From contig JAFEBQ010000012.1 of the NCBI GenBank assembly GCA_018242585.1, forward strand, positions 148,563 to 212,562: a stretch of 64,000 nt of DNA. The letters run 5' to 3'. The stretch is from Planctomycetota bacterium. GTDB lineage: Bacteria > Planctomycetota > Planctomycetia > Pirellulales > PNKZ01. Of the stretch, positions 63,958-64,000 are shown in pieces. Both the position numbers and the translations under genes were made by a program. Below the pieces are notes generated by a model. It was not told where the DNA came from and did no database searches. It saw only the letters and a list, made by a program, of their open reading frames with translations. The number at the start of each line of letters is the position of its first letter. The first letter of the stretch is position 1.

Positions 63958-64000
63958 GCCGATGCATTCGCCGCACCCAGGTTCCGAGCCGCTCGGCGAA

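Noticed and set aside
63962-64000. ATG at 63962 opening a frame to the window edge (MHSPHPGSEPLGE...)
   Set aside because: Only 13 codons are visible. It may be the next gene of the molybdenum cofactor cluster, but it cannot be supported from this window.

Overview
This is a high-G+C chromosomal segment: coding lines I hand-counted are about 60-70% G+C. The gene content looks Planctomycetota (Pirellulales-like), which is an inference from family content and not a search result. The supporting families are a PSCyt/DUF1549/DUF1553 giant protein paired with DUF1501, DUF1080, a Tat-signal Gfo/Idh/MocA oxidoreductase, ExbB-ExbD followed by a prenyltransferase/squalene-oxidase-repeat protein, and very large TPR and FHA/coiled-coil proteins. 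I can support about 50 protein-coding genes, 3 tRNAs (Ile-GAU, Ala-UGC, Cys-GCA), several intrinsic-terminator-like hairpins and several interspersed palindromic repeat families. I see no rRNA, CRISPR array, transposase, integrase or recognisable defence gene. Many long ORFs in the track are antisense shadow ORFs, as expected in G+C-rich DNA. Several track ORFs also carry spurious N-terminal extensions, and I re-placed those starts at in-frame ATGs that have signal peptides, Shine-Dalgarno-like sequences or ATGA coupling. The best candidate for an undescribed system is a compact five-gene minus-strand operon at 9982-15617. It encodes a PqqD-like peptide-binding protein, an ATP-grasp ligase, a PLP decarboxylase of the DapDC/ODC fold, a urea-transporter-family channel fused to an M23 peptidase plus an unknown domain, and a secreted TPR protein. 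Its leader region carries one of two copies of a 51-nt three-way-junction element whose stems are preserved by compensatory substitutions. Other points worth a second look:
- A roughly 0.8-kb low-G+C two-gene orphan island at 7740-8550.
- A four-helix-bundle gene cassette flanked by inverted G5/C5-run repeats, inserted between the DUF1553 and DUF1501 genes.
- An ExbB-ExbD cluster whose TonB position is occupied by a TM/Pro-rich/terpenoid-cyclase-fold protein.
- A PilZ-TM-LTXXQ protein.
- An orphan tRNA-Ile/tRNA-Ala pair with its own sigma70-like promoter.
All functional calls rest on motifs I recognise by eye. No database search was run.
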